A stretch of DNA of 64,000 nt from an uncultured bacterium (GTDB lineage Bacteria; Hydrothermota; Tepidihabitantia; Tepidihabitantales; Tepidihabitantaceae). The stretch is from assembly GCA_965370805.1 (NCBI GenBank), contig CBDUVZ010000001.1, positions 7,250 to 71,249 on the forward strand, written 5' to 3'. This document shows, piece after piece, positions 37,595 through 47,668 of the stretch (its first letter is position 1; the number at the start of each line of letters is the position of its first letter). The notes under the pieces are model-generated. The model was not told where the DNA came from. It saw nothing but the letters and a program-made list of their open reading frames with translations, and did not search any database. A program made the translations under genes and the position numbers.

Positions 37595-38869
37595 ATGCGT
37601 GTGCCGGTCTTGGTGTTGCTGGTTGCGGCCGTCCTGGCCGCTGGAGCCGGTCAGGCAGCGCAACGGAACGGGACCTGCACCGGGGATTCGGCGCGGGTCT
37701 GGTTTGCCCGGGACAGCCTTGCCGACCGGCTGACCGATTTCTTCGACCGCGCCCAAGTGTCCCTGGACTACTGTTGCTATAACTCGTCGCGGTCGGACGT
37801 GGTCCAGTCCCTGATCAGCGCCCACAACCGCGGGGTTCACGTTCGGATTGTGACCGACGACCGGCGGCTTGATGACCCGTGGGTGGCACAGGTCCGGAGC
37901 GCCGGCATCGTGGTCTGGTCCGATTCGATCGGGCCTCGGAGGACGAACTACATGCACAACAAGTTCGCGGTGCGGGACTTGGCTGACGCGGATTCGACCA
38001 ATGACTGGTTGTGGACCGCGAGCTACAACCCGAATACCGGCGACCTGCGGGCCGACTGCGCGCTGGAAATCCAGGGAATCGATATCACCCGGGCGTACCG
38101 GGCCGAGTTCGAGCAGATGTGGGGCTGTTCCGGACCGGTGCCCGACCCGGGGAACGCGCGGTTCCACGACGCCAAGACCGACGTGCTCCCGACCCACGAA
38201 TTCCGCGTCAATGGCCACCCAGCATTCGTCTACTTCGGTCCGCAGGACCACGTTGTGGATACGATTACCGCGCTGGCCGAGGATGCTGAGCGGCATCTGC
38301 TGTTTGCGGTCTTCGCCTACACCTGGGACGACCTCGGCGACGCGATGGTCAGTCTCTGGTACAGCGGCGGCTGGGTCGGCGGCGTTATCGACAAGAGCGG
38401 CATCGCTTCCCAGGGAGCGGAGTACCCGAAGCTGGTCGGGGTCGGGCTGCCGGTCTACTGCGATTCGGTTCCTTTCGGCGAGAAGGTACTGCACGAGAAG
38501 ATAATGGTCATCGACTCGACCGTGACCATTGCCGGCTCGGCCAACTGGTCGAACAACGCCAACCGGTACAACGACGAGAACACGATTGTGCTCCATGATC
38601 CCGCCATCGCGCTGCGGTTCCTCGACGAGTTGGGCCGGCGGTTCGCGGAAGCCGGCGGGCCGGGCATTGCCGAGCCGCCTGGTTCCAGGTCGGGGCGGTT
38701 GCACGGCAGCGTTCGGTCGCCGGTGCGCAGTCTCGGGCGGTTGCCGGACGACGCCGAACTGTACGATGCCGAGGGCAGGAAGCTGGAGTCAGGCGCGGGA
38801 CTCGCGCCTGGTGTTTACTTCTTCCGACGCGGAAACGAACCCGCATCCCCGGTCACAGTCATCCGCTGA
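37595..38869 (+). CDS. Phospholipase D-like (HKD) domain protein with a T9SS-type C-terminal sorting domain
   Basis: Two HKD motifs (HNKFAV and HEKIMVID). Signal peptide. CTD-like tail LYDAEGRKLESGAGLAPGVYFFRRGNEPASPVTVIR. Confidence 0.7.
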   Translation: MRVPVLVLLVAAVLAAGAGQAAQRNGTCTGDSARVWFARDSLADRLTDFFDRAQVSLDYCCYNSSRSDVVQSLISAHNRGVHVRIVTDDRRLDDPWVAQVRSAGIVVWSDSIGPRRTNYMHNKFAVRDLADADSTNDWLWTASYNPNTGDLRADCALEIQGIDITRAYRAEFEQMWGCSGPVPDPGNARFHDAKTDVLPTHEFRVNGHPAFVYFGPQDHVVDTITALAEDAERHLLFAVFAYTWDDLGDAMVSLWYSGGWVGGVIDKSGIASQGAEYPKLVGVGLPVYCDSVPFGEKVLHEKIMVIDSTVTIAGSANWSNNANRYNDENTIVLHDPAIALRFLDELGRRFAEAGGPGIAEPPGSRSGRLHGSVRSPVRSLGRLPDDAELYDAEGRKLESGAGLAPGVYFFRRGNEPASPVTVIR

Positions 38870-38884
38870 GCCGGAACCGGCTCG

Positions 38885-40321
38885 CTATCTCCCGATGATG
38901 ACCTTGTGGACGCTTGACGCATTCCGCTTCACGCCTGGTGCCGGACAGACGAAATAGACGCCGGGGGAGAGGTGGCGGATGTCGTTGGGGCCGGGGTGCA
39001 ACTCAGCTATCTTCCGGCCCGTGATGTCGAGGAGGATTGCGGGTGCACGGCCCTGCAGCAACAGGACACCCTGAGCAAAGGTCGCTGCCGGGCCCGGGAG
39101 TGCGATGCTGGGCACCGGGCCTTCTTCCAGCCCGACCTGGTCCGCGAACCGGAAGAGCGCGGGCACAACCCGTCCCCGCAGACCCGGCCAGGACTGGGTG
39201 TTGTGGCCGTTGGTGAAGGCAATGATGCCGGCGTTGTCCCGGCGCCGGAACCCGACGTAGGTGTTCACTCCGAGCCATCCACCGCTGTGGCACCAGACCG
39301 TGTCCCCGTTGACAATGTCGGTGTACCAGATGAGCCCCCACGGCTTGGGGTTCTGGATGTGGGGCCGCGTCATCAGGGCCACGGTCGCGCTGTCGAGAAT
39401 CCGAACCGTGTCGTAGCGCCCGTACTGCATGATGGCGGTGAGGAACCGGGCATAGTCCCGCGTGCAGGTCTTGAGCATCCCGGCCGGGAAAAACGGGTTG
39501 CTCAGGTAGCCGTAGCGATGATAGCCCGGGCCGCTGCGCCTGTACTGGCAGGCCACGCTCATCGTATCGAGGTCCCGGAAGAACCAGGTGCTCCGCGTCA
39601 TGCCGAGGCGGTGGAAGATGGAGTTCCTCGTCTGGATGGGGAAGCTGTCGGCCATCGCTTCGATGATGCTCGCGAGGAGCGCGATGCCGGCGTTGCTGTA
39701 GGCCCACCGGTTCCCGGGTACCCAGGGCTGGAAGTTGGCCGCGCTGTCGTAGTAGGCACCACCGGGCACGAAGTAGCCTTCGGTGAACTCGCGGAGCGAA
39801 ACCACAGGGTCGCCGGGTGCGGTCAGGGCGTGGATGGTGCTCCATTCGTCCCGGAGGCCGGAGGTGTGGGTCATCAGCATCCGGTAGGCGATGAGTGAGT
39901 CCGGGTAGCGTGAGTGCCGGACCGTGAACGGCAGAGACTCGTTGATGCTGCTGTCGAGGTCGAAGAAACCGTGTTCCCAGAGCTGCATGAGCGCGATGCC
40001 GGTGATGGTCTTGGACACGGATGCGACGGTGAAGCAGGTCGTGTCCGTAACCGGGATGCTCTCCGCGAGAATCGCGTAGCCGTAGCAGGAGTTCCATGCG
40101 ATTCGGCCGTCCTTGATCACTATCGTCGCCATGCCCGGGATCGTATCGCGGGAGATTTCCGCCCGCAGGACGGAATCAAGCCACACTGAATCCCCTTCGG
40201 CGAACCGAACGGGATCCGCCGCCTCGGGCGTCGCCAGCCAGGAGAGACGCCCGTCGGTGCCGACCATGTCCGGCCCGGGTCCGGCCAGCGCCAGGGTCAA
40301 CCAGAGGATTGCTGCAGTCAT
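38885..40321 (-). CDS. Serine hydrolase of the beta-lactamase/transpeptidase-like family with a T9SS-type C-terminal sorting domain
   Basis: SVSK motif (FTVASVSKTITG) and HTSG. CTD LLDITGRKIAELHPGPNDIRHLSPGVYFVCPAPGVKRNASSVHKVIIGR. Confidence 0.7.
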   Translation of the reverse strand: MTAAILWLTLALAGPGPDMVGTDGRLSWLATPEAADPVRFAEGDSVWLDSVLRAEISRDTIPGMATIVIKDGRIAWNSCYGYAILAESIPVTDTTCFTVASVSKTITGIALMQLWEHGFFDLDSSINESLPFTVRHSRYPDSLIAYRMLMTHTSGLRDEWSTIHALTAPGDPVVSLREFTEGYFVPGGAYYDSAANFQPWVPGNRWAYSNAGIALLASIIEAMADSFPIQTRNSIFHRLGMTRSTWFFRDLDTMSVACQYRRSGPGYHRYGYLSNPFFPAGMLKTCTRDYARFLTAIMQYGRYDTVRILDSATVALMTRPHIQNPKPWGLIWYTDIVNGDTVWCHSGGWLGVNTYVGFRRRDNAGIIAFTNGHNTQSWPGLRGRVVPALFRFADQVGLEEGPVPSIALPGPAATFAQGVLLLQGRAPAILLDITGRKIAELHPGPNDIRHLSPGVYFVCPAPGVKRNASSVHKVIIGR

Positions 40322-40330
40322 GTCTCCCCG

Positions 40331-42703
40331 CTAGCGCAGGAGTATGAGCCTCGACGGCTTGTGATTCTCTTCGCGCAGCACGAAGTACACGCCGGGGGAG
40401 AGGTGCCGGATGTCGTTTGTGCCCGGCATCAGGTCCACTACCTTCCGGCCGGAGATGTCGAGGAGAGACAATGTCGAATGCCGAGTGTCGAATGACGAAT
40501 GCGGAAGAAGCAGCACATTGCGGACGATGGTTGCGGTCGGAAATTCACCCCCCGCCTTTCCGTCTTCGGTCGGCTCGGCGATGCCGGTGGGGTCCCGGAT
40601 TACGGTGATGCGCCCTTCATCCCAGGTTCCGCAGTACAGCCGGCCGTGCGTCCAGTTCCAGACGAATCCATCAATCCTGGCTTCCGGTTCAATCACGGCA
40701 ACAACGCTGTCCGTTGTTCCGTCGACAACACTGACCACGCCGGGGTAACGGCCGTCCACGTACAACCGGTTCCCGGCTGAGTCATACACCATATCGTGCG
40801 GCCCGCGTTGCGCGTCACCGACAACTACAGTCGCACTCACTGTGTCGGCCCTGCCGTCGATGACGGTAACAACCGAATCGCCGCTGACCGCGACGTACAC
40901 CTTGTTGCCATGCTGGTTGCAGCACAAGTTGCGCGGCCGGGCAGACACCGGGACCGTAGCTACAACGCTGTCACCGACCCCATCAATAACCGTAATACTC
41001 CTACTGTTATGGTTTGAACAGTAGACCCGGTTGTTCGCGGGATTGTGGCAGAGCTGGACCGGCAAGCACCCGACTTCCACAGTCGCCAGCAGGCTGTCGG
41101 CCATCCCGTCAATGATGGCGACGTGGCCGGTGTCCCCACTAGCAGAAAGGACGCAGTACACCTTGTTCTCATTCGGATTGCAGCAGAGGAATCCGGGACC
41201 CCGTCCCGTGCCGATTTCTGCGACAACGGTGTCAACCCGGCAGTCAACCACACTCACGAACGCATTATCGAACACCGAACAGTACAGCTTGTTGCTCGTC
41301 AGGTTGTAGCAGAGGTAGCGGGCTTCGTTCTGCATCGGAATCCGCGCAAGCACGCTGTCCGTGGCGCCGTCAACTACCATCACTTCTTCAGCGAAGCCGT
41401 CATAGGAACAGTACAGCTTGTTCTCAGCCTGGTTGTATACCATATCGTTCGGGTAGAAGTCACCCCGGACCCTGCCCAGCATCCGGTTCCGGGCTCCGTC
41501 CAGGATGATGACGTCGCCCCTGGGGTAATCGAATCCATACACCTTGTCATTGTTCGGGTTGTAGCAGCCGGGCATGAATACGTCGGCCGTGTTGACAGTA
41601 TCGATGAGTTCGTTCGTCGCGCAGTCAATTACCGCCACCTCGTCGCCCTCCAGCACTACACAGCACACAGTATTCTCGACCGAGTTGAGGCACAGGTCCC
41701 TGAAGTCCTCTCCGTCGGGCAAGACGACTGCAACGACTTCGTTTGTCGCGCCATCAATAGCAGACACGCCGTCCCACTCAGTCAGGCAGTAGACCATGTT
41801 CTCGTCAGGATTCACCACAAGCGCAGTCGGGGTATCAGCAACAAAGGCTGTATCCACCACCTGGTTCGTCGCCGCATCAATCACCCAGACCGCGCCGTCC
41901 TCGCATGCGCAGTACACCATTTCGTTGGCAGGATTGTAGCGCACGAAAAGCGGGTCGTCATACACTGCGATTGAATCAATCAGGCTGTCGGTCGTCCCGT
42001 CCACTACTGCGATGCCGTATTCGCCCCCTGGCGTCGCGCAGTATACGGTGTTGTTCTTCGGGTTGTAGCACGCGTCCACAGGGTCTCCGCCGACAAAAAC
42101 CTCGCGGATGACACTATCCCCGGCTCCATCTACCACAGTCATGTAGAGCCAATAGCGAGGCATGTACACCTTGTTATCCACCGGGTTGTGCCTCAGAACC
42201 CGCGGTTCCTCACGGACACTGACCGTGGCCAGCACCGTATCCGCAGCAACATCAATGGTCACAATTTCGTCGCCGCAGGTCCCGCAGTGCAGCTTGTTGC
42301 TCGTCGGGTTGTAGACCAGAGACAAAGGTGACGTCCGCAGCGGAACCATGGCAATTACCTCATCGTTCGCACCGTCAATCACGAAGAGCGAATCCACCTC
42401 GCGGCTGCCACAGTAAAGCTTGTTCACCGATGGAACGTGGCACAGCGCAGTGATTCCTTCCTCCACACGGATTCCTGCGAGCCGTTCGTTCGTCGCACCG
42501 TCAATCACCAGCAGCACGTCGGAATCGGAGTCTCTGCCACCGGCAACGTACACCTTGTTGTCGACCGGGTTGTACGCAAGCAGGCCGGGGTACTTCACGT
42601 TCCCCAGTGAATCCGGTATCAGGATGTATCCTTCGATGTGTTGTGCCCGGGCAGCCCCGATGAACAGCAGCACAAGGCAGGTCGCAGTCAGCATCTTTTT
42701 CAT
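40331..42703 (-). CDS. YVTN-family beta-propeller repeat protein with a T9SS-type C-terminal sorting domain
   Basis: About 12 repeats of xxNPxxNKVYCxxxxxxxVxVIDGATDxVxxTV. Signal peptide. CTD ending LILLR. Confidence 0.65.
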   Translation of the reverse strand: MKKMLTATCLVLLFIGAARAQHIEGYILIPDSLGNVKYPGLLAYNPVDNKVYVAGGRDSDSDVLLVIDGATNERLAGIRVEEGITALCHVPSVNKLYCGSREVDSLFVIDGANDEVIAMVPLRTSPLSLVYNPTSNKLHCGTCGDEIVTIDVAADTVLATVSVREEPRVLRHNPVDNKVYMPRYWLYMTVVDGAGDSVIREVFVGGDPVDACYNPKNNTVYCATPGGEYGIAVVDGTTDSLIDSIAVYDDPLFVRYNPANEMVYCACEDGAVWVIDAATNQVVDTAFVADTPTALVVNPDENMVYCLTEWDGVSAIDGATNEVVAVVLPDGEDFRDLCLNSVENTVCCVVLEGDEVAVIDCATNELIDTVNTADVFMPGCYNPNNDKVYGFDYPRGDVIILDGARNRMLGRVRGDFYPNDMVYNQAENKLYCSYDGFAEEVMVVDGATDSVLARIPMQNEARYLCYNLTSNKLYCSVFDNAFVSVVDCRVDTVVAEIGTGRGPGFLCCNPNENKVYCVLSASGDTGHVAIIDGMADSLLATVEVGCLPVQLCHNPANNRVYCSNHNSRSITVIDGVGDSVVATVPVSARPRNLCCNQHGNKVYVAVSGDSVVTVIDGRADTVSATVVVGDAQRGPHDMVYDSAGNRLYVDGRYPGVVSVVDGTTDSVVAVIEPEARIDGFVWNWTHGRLYCGTWDEGRITVIRDPTGIAEPTEDGKAGGEFPTATIVRNVLLLPHSSFDTRHSTLSLLDISGRKVVDLMPGTNDIRHLSPGVYFVLREENHKPSRLILLR

Positions 42704-42712
42704 CTCAACCTC

Positions 42713-44854
42713 CTATTTCTGAATCACGATCTTGGCACCTGGACCCTCGGGCCCTTGACTCCTTGATCCCTTTCCTCTTACGAAGTAGACGCCTGGACTC
42801 AGGTGGCGGACATCGTTCTCACCGGGAGTGAGGTCAGCGACGTGACGTCCGGTGATGTCGAGGAGAGACAATGTCGAATGCCGAGTGTCGAATGACGAAT
42901 ACGGAAGAAGAAGCACGTTGCGGACGATAGTGGCATTCGGCATTCGCAGTTCGGCATTCGTTGTTTCCTCCCTGGTTCCCACCCCGTAGGTCGCCATGAT
43001 GTGCAGGCCGTTCCACAAGTCCGCGACGTAGACCAGCTCGCCGGCCGCCCGGACTCCGTCGGGATAGCCGCCGGTGTCGTAGTACGCGATCTCGGTCGGA
43101 GACTCGGGGTGAGAGACGTCGATGACCCGTAGCCCGTCGTACTGGTCCGCGACGTAGGCAAGCGTGCCGTTGACGTGCAGACCGTAGGCGCACGACCCGG
43201 TCACGTGGCTGCCGACTTCGTAGGGCGATTCCGGGTCCGCGATGCTGATTATCCTCAGCCCGCTCGAAACGCCGTCCGCGATATAAGCAAGCGTATCCTG
43301 CACCCAGACTTCATACGCGTACGACGGCGTATTCCGGCTGCCGATGATGAAAGGCGCTGCCGGGTTCGCGACATTGATGACCTGGAGTCCGCTGCTTCCG
43401 TCGGCGATGTAGGCCAGGGTGTCAACGACGAACACGTCCCGGGCGACGTGCACCGTGGCGCAATGGCCGACCTCAAACGGCGCTTTCGGGTCCGCGACGT
43501 TCACTATCCGCAAGCCGCCGCTGCTCCCGTTCGCCATGTAGGCCAGGCTGTCGCTGACAAAGACCGCGATGGCATGGCCGCTCAGCGCAAGGCTGCCGAT
43601 TTCGCCCGGCGCGCCCGGGTCCGCAACGCTGACTATCCTGAGCCCGTAGTAGTAGTCCGCCACGTAGGCGAGCGTGTCCGCAACGAAGATGTTCCACAAT
43701 TCTTCGCCGCCTTTGTGCCAGTGACCGATTTCGCTCGGCGCTTCCGGGTCAGCGACGTTGATGACGTAGAATCCCTGCTTCTGGCTGAGGAGGTAGACCA
43801 GGGTGTCCCGGACGCAGAGCTTGCGCGCCATTCCGGGCGTTTCGTAGGACCCGACTTCATCCGGGGCCGTCGGGTCAGCGATGCTTATCGCCAGCACGCC
43901 GTTGTTGTAGTCCGCAACCCAGGCGATAGTGTCGAGCAGACAGGCCGACAAGCTGGTCCCGTCCGTGTCAAGGAAACCGACTTCAGTCGGCGCTCCGGGA
44001 TTGGCCGTGTTCACAACCCGCAGCCCGCCGATGTTCGCCGCGATGCAGATGAGCGTGTCATCAACACTGGAAATTCCCTCGGCATAGCCGGGCGGCTCGA
44101 CGTACCCGACCTCCCGGAGCGAGCAGGGATTCGCGATACTCACCAGCCTGAGCCCCCGGCTCCAGTCCGCGACGTAGGCAAGCGTATCCTTGACGAACAC
44201 GTCCCGCGAGTAGCCGGGCGTGTCGAGGAACCCGATTTCATGCGGGGTCCCGGGACTGGCGACGTTGATTGCCCGCAGGCCGGACTCGCTGGCAGCGACC
44301 CAGGCGATTGTGTCGCGCACGAAGACAGCGTACGCCGGGCCCGGTGTGGCAATCCGGCCGACCTGAAACGGCGAGCCGGGGTCGGCGACGTTGACAATCC
44401 GCAGGCCGCCGTACCGGTCGGCAAGGAAAGCGAACGTGTCCCGGGCGAAGACACCGAACACGACGTCGGAAGTCTGGAACCCGGAGACCTCGAAGACCGA
44501 ATCCGGATTCGACACGTCGATGATTCTCATCCCGCACCATTCGTTCGCGACGTAGGCATACCCGTTGCTCACGTGGATGTCCCGGGTTATCGAAGGAAGG
44601 AAGACCTCGCTCCGGAGTTGCGGGTTCGTCGGGTCGGTGATGTCCAGCACCTGGAAAGCGGCGCCGTTCCCGGCGAACGCAAGGCTGCCGGCGGCGAACA
44701 CCGCCCGGCTCGGGCCGTACGGCCAGCGGCCCACGGTCCGCATGTTGAACGAATCCACCGGCGAGGAGAAGAACGGCAGGTCGTCGCCCGGTCCGGCGAC
44801 CGCGGGCATCGAGAACACGACCAGGAGAATGGCGGAAAGGATTACGGCTTTCAT
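42713..44854 (-). CDS. LVIVD-repeat beta-propeller protein with a T9SS-type C-terminal sorting domain
   Basis: Repeats of AxxVxVxDTLAYVADxxxGLRIVxVADPxAPxEVG. Signal peptide. CTD ...LSLLDITGRHVADLTPGENDVRHLSPGVYFVRGKGSRSQGPEGPGAKIVIQK. Confidence 0.7.
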   Translation of the reverse strand: MKAVILSAILLVVFSMPAVAGPGDDLPFFSSPVDSFNMRTVGRWPYGPSRAVFAAGSLAFAGNGAAFQVLDITDPTNPQLRSEVFLPSITRDIHVSNGYAYVANEWCGMRIIDVSNPDSVFEVSGFQTSDVVFGVFARDTFAFLADRYGGLRIVNVADPGSPFQVGRIATPGPAYAVFVRDTIAWVAASESGLRAINVASPGTPHEIGFLDTPGYSRDVFVKDTLAYVADWSRGLRLVSIANPCSLREVGYVEPPGYAEGISSVDDTLICIAANIGGLRVVNTANPGAPTEVGFLDTDGTSLSACLLDTIAWVADYNNGVLAISIADPTAPDEVGSYETPGMARKLCVRDTLVYLLSQKQGFYVINVADPEAPSEIGHWHKGGEELWNIFVADTLAYVADYYYGLRIVSVADPGAPGEIGSLALSGHAIAVFVSDSLAYMANGSSGGLRIVNVADPKAPFEVGHCATVHVARDVFVVDTLAYIADGSSGLQVINVANPAAPFIIGSRNTPSYAYEVWVQDTLAYIADGVSSGLRIISIADPESPYEVGSHVTGSCAYGLHVNGTLAYVADQYDGLRVIDVSHPESPTEIAYYDTGGYPDGVRAAGELVYVADLWNGLHIMATYGVGTREETTNAELRMPNATIVRNVLLLPYSSFDTRHSTLSLLDITGRHVADLTPGENDVRHLSPGVYFVRGKGSRSQGPEGPGAKIVIQK

Positions 44855-47404
44855 CTAGCGCTGGATGACGACTTTGGCACTCGAACCCTCGGCCCCTTGA
44901 CCCCTCGTACCCTTTCCGCACACGAAGTAGACGCCGGGGGCGAGGTGGCGGACGTCGTTCGGGCCGGGAGTGAGGTCAGCGACATGACGGCCCGTGACGT
45001 CGAGGAGAGATGATGTCGAATGCCGAGTGCCGAATGACGAATGCGGAAGAAACAGCACGTTGCAGACGACTGTCGCCGGGAACGTTCCGGTCGGTGGGAC
45101 GATGTTGTCCTCTTGTACGCCCGGCACAGACCAGAGTTTGCCCCAGATTCGGTTCGCATTGTAGACCCTGCCCTGGACCTCGCCGGCCCAGCCCGAGTAC
45201 ACCACGAGCAACTGCCCACCCGGCCCGGCTGCCAGTGCGGGATAATCCTGGTCCGTCGTCCACTCAGTTACCTCATACGGCCCGGACACGGAACCGGAGG
45301 GGCTGACGGTTGCTGCATATATCTTGCCTCCGCCATCGGACACAACGACATGTTCTGTCGCTCCAAAGACGACAGCAGGTCGGCGGACGGCCCTTCCGGG
45401 CAGGCAGATATCTATCGGGCCGCCCAGTCGTATGCCGCTCTGAGATACCTTGACTCCCCGGATGCTCCGGGGGGAGTACTCGTCGTCCTCCCAAACGACA
45501 AGGTAATTCGTACCGTCGAAGGCCAGGTCAGGGCGGTCTTGATCGTCTTCTCCCTGGGCGATGGCGAGAGCCACCGTATCAGCTACCGTGCCGTCAGGAA
45601 GAACCCGCGCGCCGTAGATGTCGTAGTAGGCGTACGTCCGGACCCGCTCTTGCCAGACAACGAGGGAATTCCAGTCCCCGACCGCCAGGGCCGGATAGCG
45701 CTGGTCCCTGTTGTCGGTGGCGATCAGGATCCCGTTCGAGTCCAGCACGACTCCGTTGCCCGAGACTCTGCCGCCAATGATATCCCAAGACCCTTGGTCC
45801 TGGCCATCCCAGACCACCAGGTAGTTAGTCCCGTCGTGCACCACGGCCGGATGGTAGTTCTTGGTGCTGTCACAGGGCGATATGGCGATACCGCCAGGGT
45901 CCAGCACTGTCCCGTCCGGCGCCACTCGGGCACCATAGATGCGTACCGGGATCGACCGATAGTCGTGCCAGACCACCAAGTAGTTCACGCCGCCGAAGGC
46001 CAGTGCTGGGAAGCGCTGCGAGCTGTCGGCCGTGCAAACAGTAATCCCGGGAGGGTCAAGCGGGATGCCCGAAGCGCTTACCCGCATTCCATACACATCC
46101 GCGGATTCGTCCTCACCACGATTGTCCCTCCAGACCACAAGGTAGTTGAGCCCGTCAAAGTCGATTGCCGGATACCCCTGATTGCTGGCTGCCATTGAGA
46201 CGAGCGTGCCGTTTGTATCGGCGACGCCGGTCTGCGTCACCCGTGCGCCGCGGATGTCGGATTGCCACGACGTTCCTTCTTCCCACACCAGGAAGCTCCC
46301 GTGCCCGTTCGAAGACAGGGCGGGCGTTGCCTGGACGACGACGGAGGTCGCCAGCGGCAACCCAGCCGGGTCGAGAACCACTCCGGACTGACCCACCCTG
46401 GCACCGTAGATATCCTGCAGCGTATCACACCGCTCATCTCCCCACGCCGTAAGGAAGTTCGCCCCGTCAAAGACTGCAGCCGGCTCCACCTGATCAGTTA
46501 GCGCTTCGGAAACAACGATGCCTTCCGGGTCAAGCACCGAGCCGGAAACGCTCACGCGAGCACCATAGATGTCCATGTCCTCCTGTTCGTCCTGCCACGC
46601 GACGAAGTAGTTGACGTCGCCATAGCAGACGTCCGGAATCCCGATGCAGTCACCGTCAGTCCAGATGTCGATGCCATTGGGGTCAAGCACCGCTCCTGAG
46701 CCATTCACCCTGGAGCCGCGGACCTCCCCGTCGTCGTTCCACACGGCCAGGTAGTTGGTGCCGTCGTTTGCGATAGCCGGCGACTCTCCGGCGGGCTCTC
46801 CGGGTGTGACGACGACACCAGCCGTGTCCAGGACAGTCCCGGACATACTCACCCGAGCGCCCCAGATGTCGTAATGGAGGGGCCACTCGAACCTGTTGTC
46901 CTGCCAGACGACGAGGAAGTTGAGGCCGTCCGACGCCACGCGGGGCCGGATCCGGTCGTGGTCGGCGACTGAGATCAGTATCGACGCTGTGTCCAGCAGT
47001 TCACCGGATGTGCTGATGCGTGCGCCCCAGATTGCTGCGTCGCGGGAACTATCAGGTCCGTCCCAGACAACGAGGTAGACGGTACCGCAGAACGCGACCG
47101 CCGGGGGAGCATCACCAACGTTCCCAGCGGCAATCAGGATGTTGCCCGTATCGAGCAACGCGCGACTTTGACTCACTCTGGCCGCGAATACCGCGGACTC
47201 ACCCATCCGACTGTCCCGCCAGGCTACAAGATAGTCCCTGCCGTCAAAGGCGACTGCCGGATCGCTCTGCTCGTCTTGAGCCGAGGTGTAAACGGCGGCA
47301 GTGTCGATCAAGAATTCGCCGGAATCCGCACCCCAGACCGGGCTAACTGCGCTAACGGCCAGGACGATGGTGGTTGTGATGAGCAGGAGTTTTGTGCGGT
47401 TCAT
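44855..47404 (-). CDS. Large secreted tandem-repeat protein carrying about 19 repeats of roughly 43 aa (PAVAFDGxNYLVVWxD....DIYGARVSxSGxVLDPxGIxI) with a T9SS-type C-terminal sorting domain
   Basis: Direct reading of the repeats. Signal peptide MNRTKLLLITTTIVLAVSAVSPVWGA. CTD ending AKVVIQR. Confidence 0.6.
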   Translation of the reverse strand: MNRTKLLLITTTIVLAVSAVSPVWGADSGEFLIDTAAVYTSAQDEQSDPAVAFDGRDYLVAWRDSRMGESAVFAARVSQSRALLDTGNILIAAGNVGDAPPAVAFCGTVYLVVWDGPDSSRDAAIWGARISTSGELLDTASILISVADHDRIRPRVASDGLNFLVVWQDNRFEWPLHYDIWGARVSMSGTVLDTAGVVVTPGEPAGESPAIANDGTNYLAVWNDDGEVRGSRVNGSGAVLDPNGIDIWTDGDCIGIPDVCYGDVNYFVAWQDEQEDMDIYGARVSVSGSVLDPEGIVVSEALTDQVEPAAVFDGANFLTAWGDERCDTLQDIYGARVGQSGVVLDPAGLPLATSVVVQATPALSSNGHGSFLVWEEGTSWQSDIRGARVTQTGVADTNGTLVSMAASNQGYPAIDFDGLNYLVVWRDNRGEDESADVYGMRVSASGIPLDPPGITVCTADSSQRFPALAFGGVNYLVVWHDYRSIPVRIYGARVAPDGTVLDPGGIAISPCDSTKNYHPAVVHDGTNYLVVWDGQDQGSWDIIGGRVSGNGVVLDSNGILIATDNRDQRYPALAVGDWNSLVVWQERVRTYAYYDIYGARVLPDGTVADTVALAIAQGEDDQDRPDLAFDGTNYLVVWEDDEYSPRSIRGVKVSQSGIRLGGPIDICLPGRAVRRPAVVFGATEHVVVSDGGGKIYAATVSPSGSVSGPYEVTEWTTDQDYPALAAGPGGQLLVVYSGWAGEVQGRVYNANRIWGKLWSVPGVQEDNIVPPTGTFPATVVCNVLFLPHSSFGTRHSTSSLLDVTGRHVADLTPGPNDVRHLAPGVYFVCGKGTRGQGAEGSSAKVVIQR

Positions 47405-47668
47405 GCTACCTCCAGATTACACCAGTATAGGCCGGAGGGGGACTGCGTCAATCGCGGTCAGGACTCCCGCACCGGCCGGCCGGGCAGCCAGGTTCCGTCA
47501 AATGTGACGGTTCTGCGGACCGGCATCGCGTTCGGTTCTCGTCGGTTCGGCGGCTAACCGCTCCCCCGGGTGAGCCGCCCCGGGGACAACCGCAGTCCTG
47601 TTTCTTGACATTCCGGCCAGCCGGCCTACTGTTATCCTTGCTTTGCAGAAAAAGACCAAGGAGCCATT

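Noticed and set aside
38972-39898. 308-aa plus-strand ORF and the 39003..40097 alternative-frame ORF in the beta-lactamase-like gene region
   Set aside because: The SVSK/HTSG-bearing frame on the minus strand is the real gene; the others are frame-shadow ORFs.
43175-45013. 612-aa plus-strand ORF across the LVIVD-repeat gene
   Set aside because: Antisense to a gene with clear repeat structure, signal peptide and CTD. Arg/Asp-rich product without motifs.
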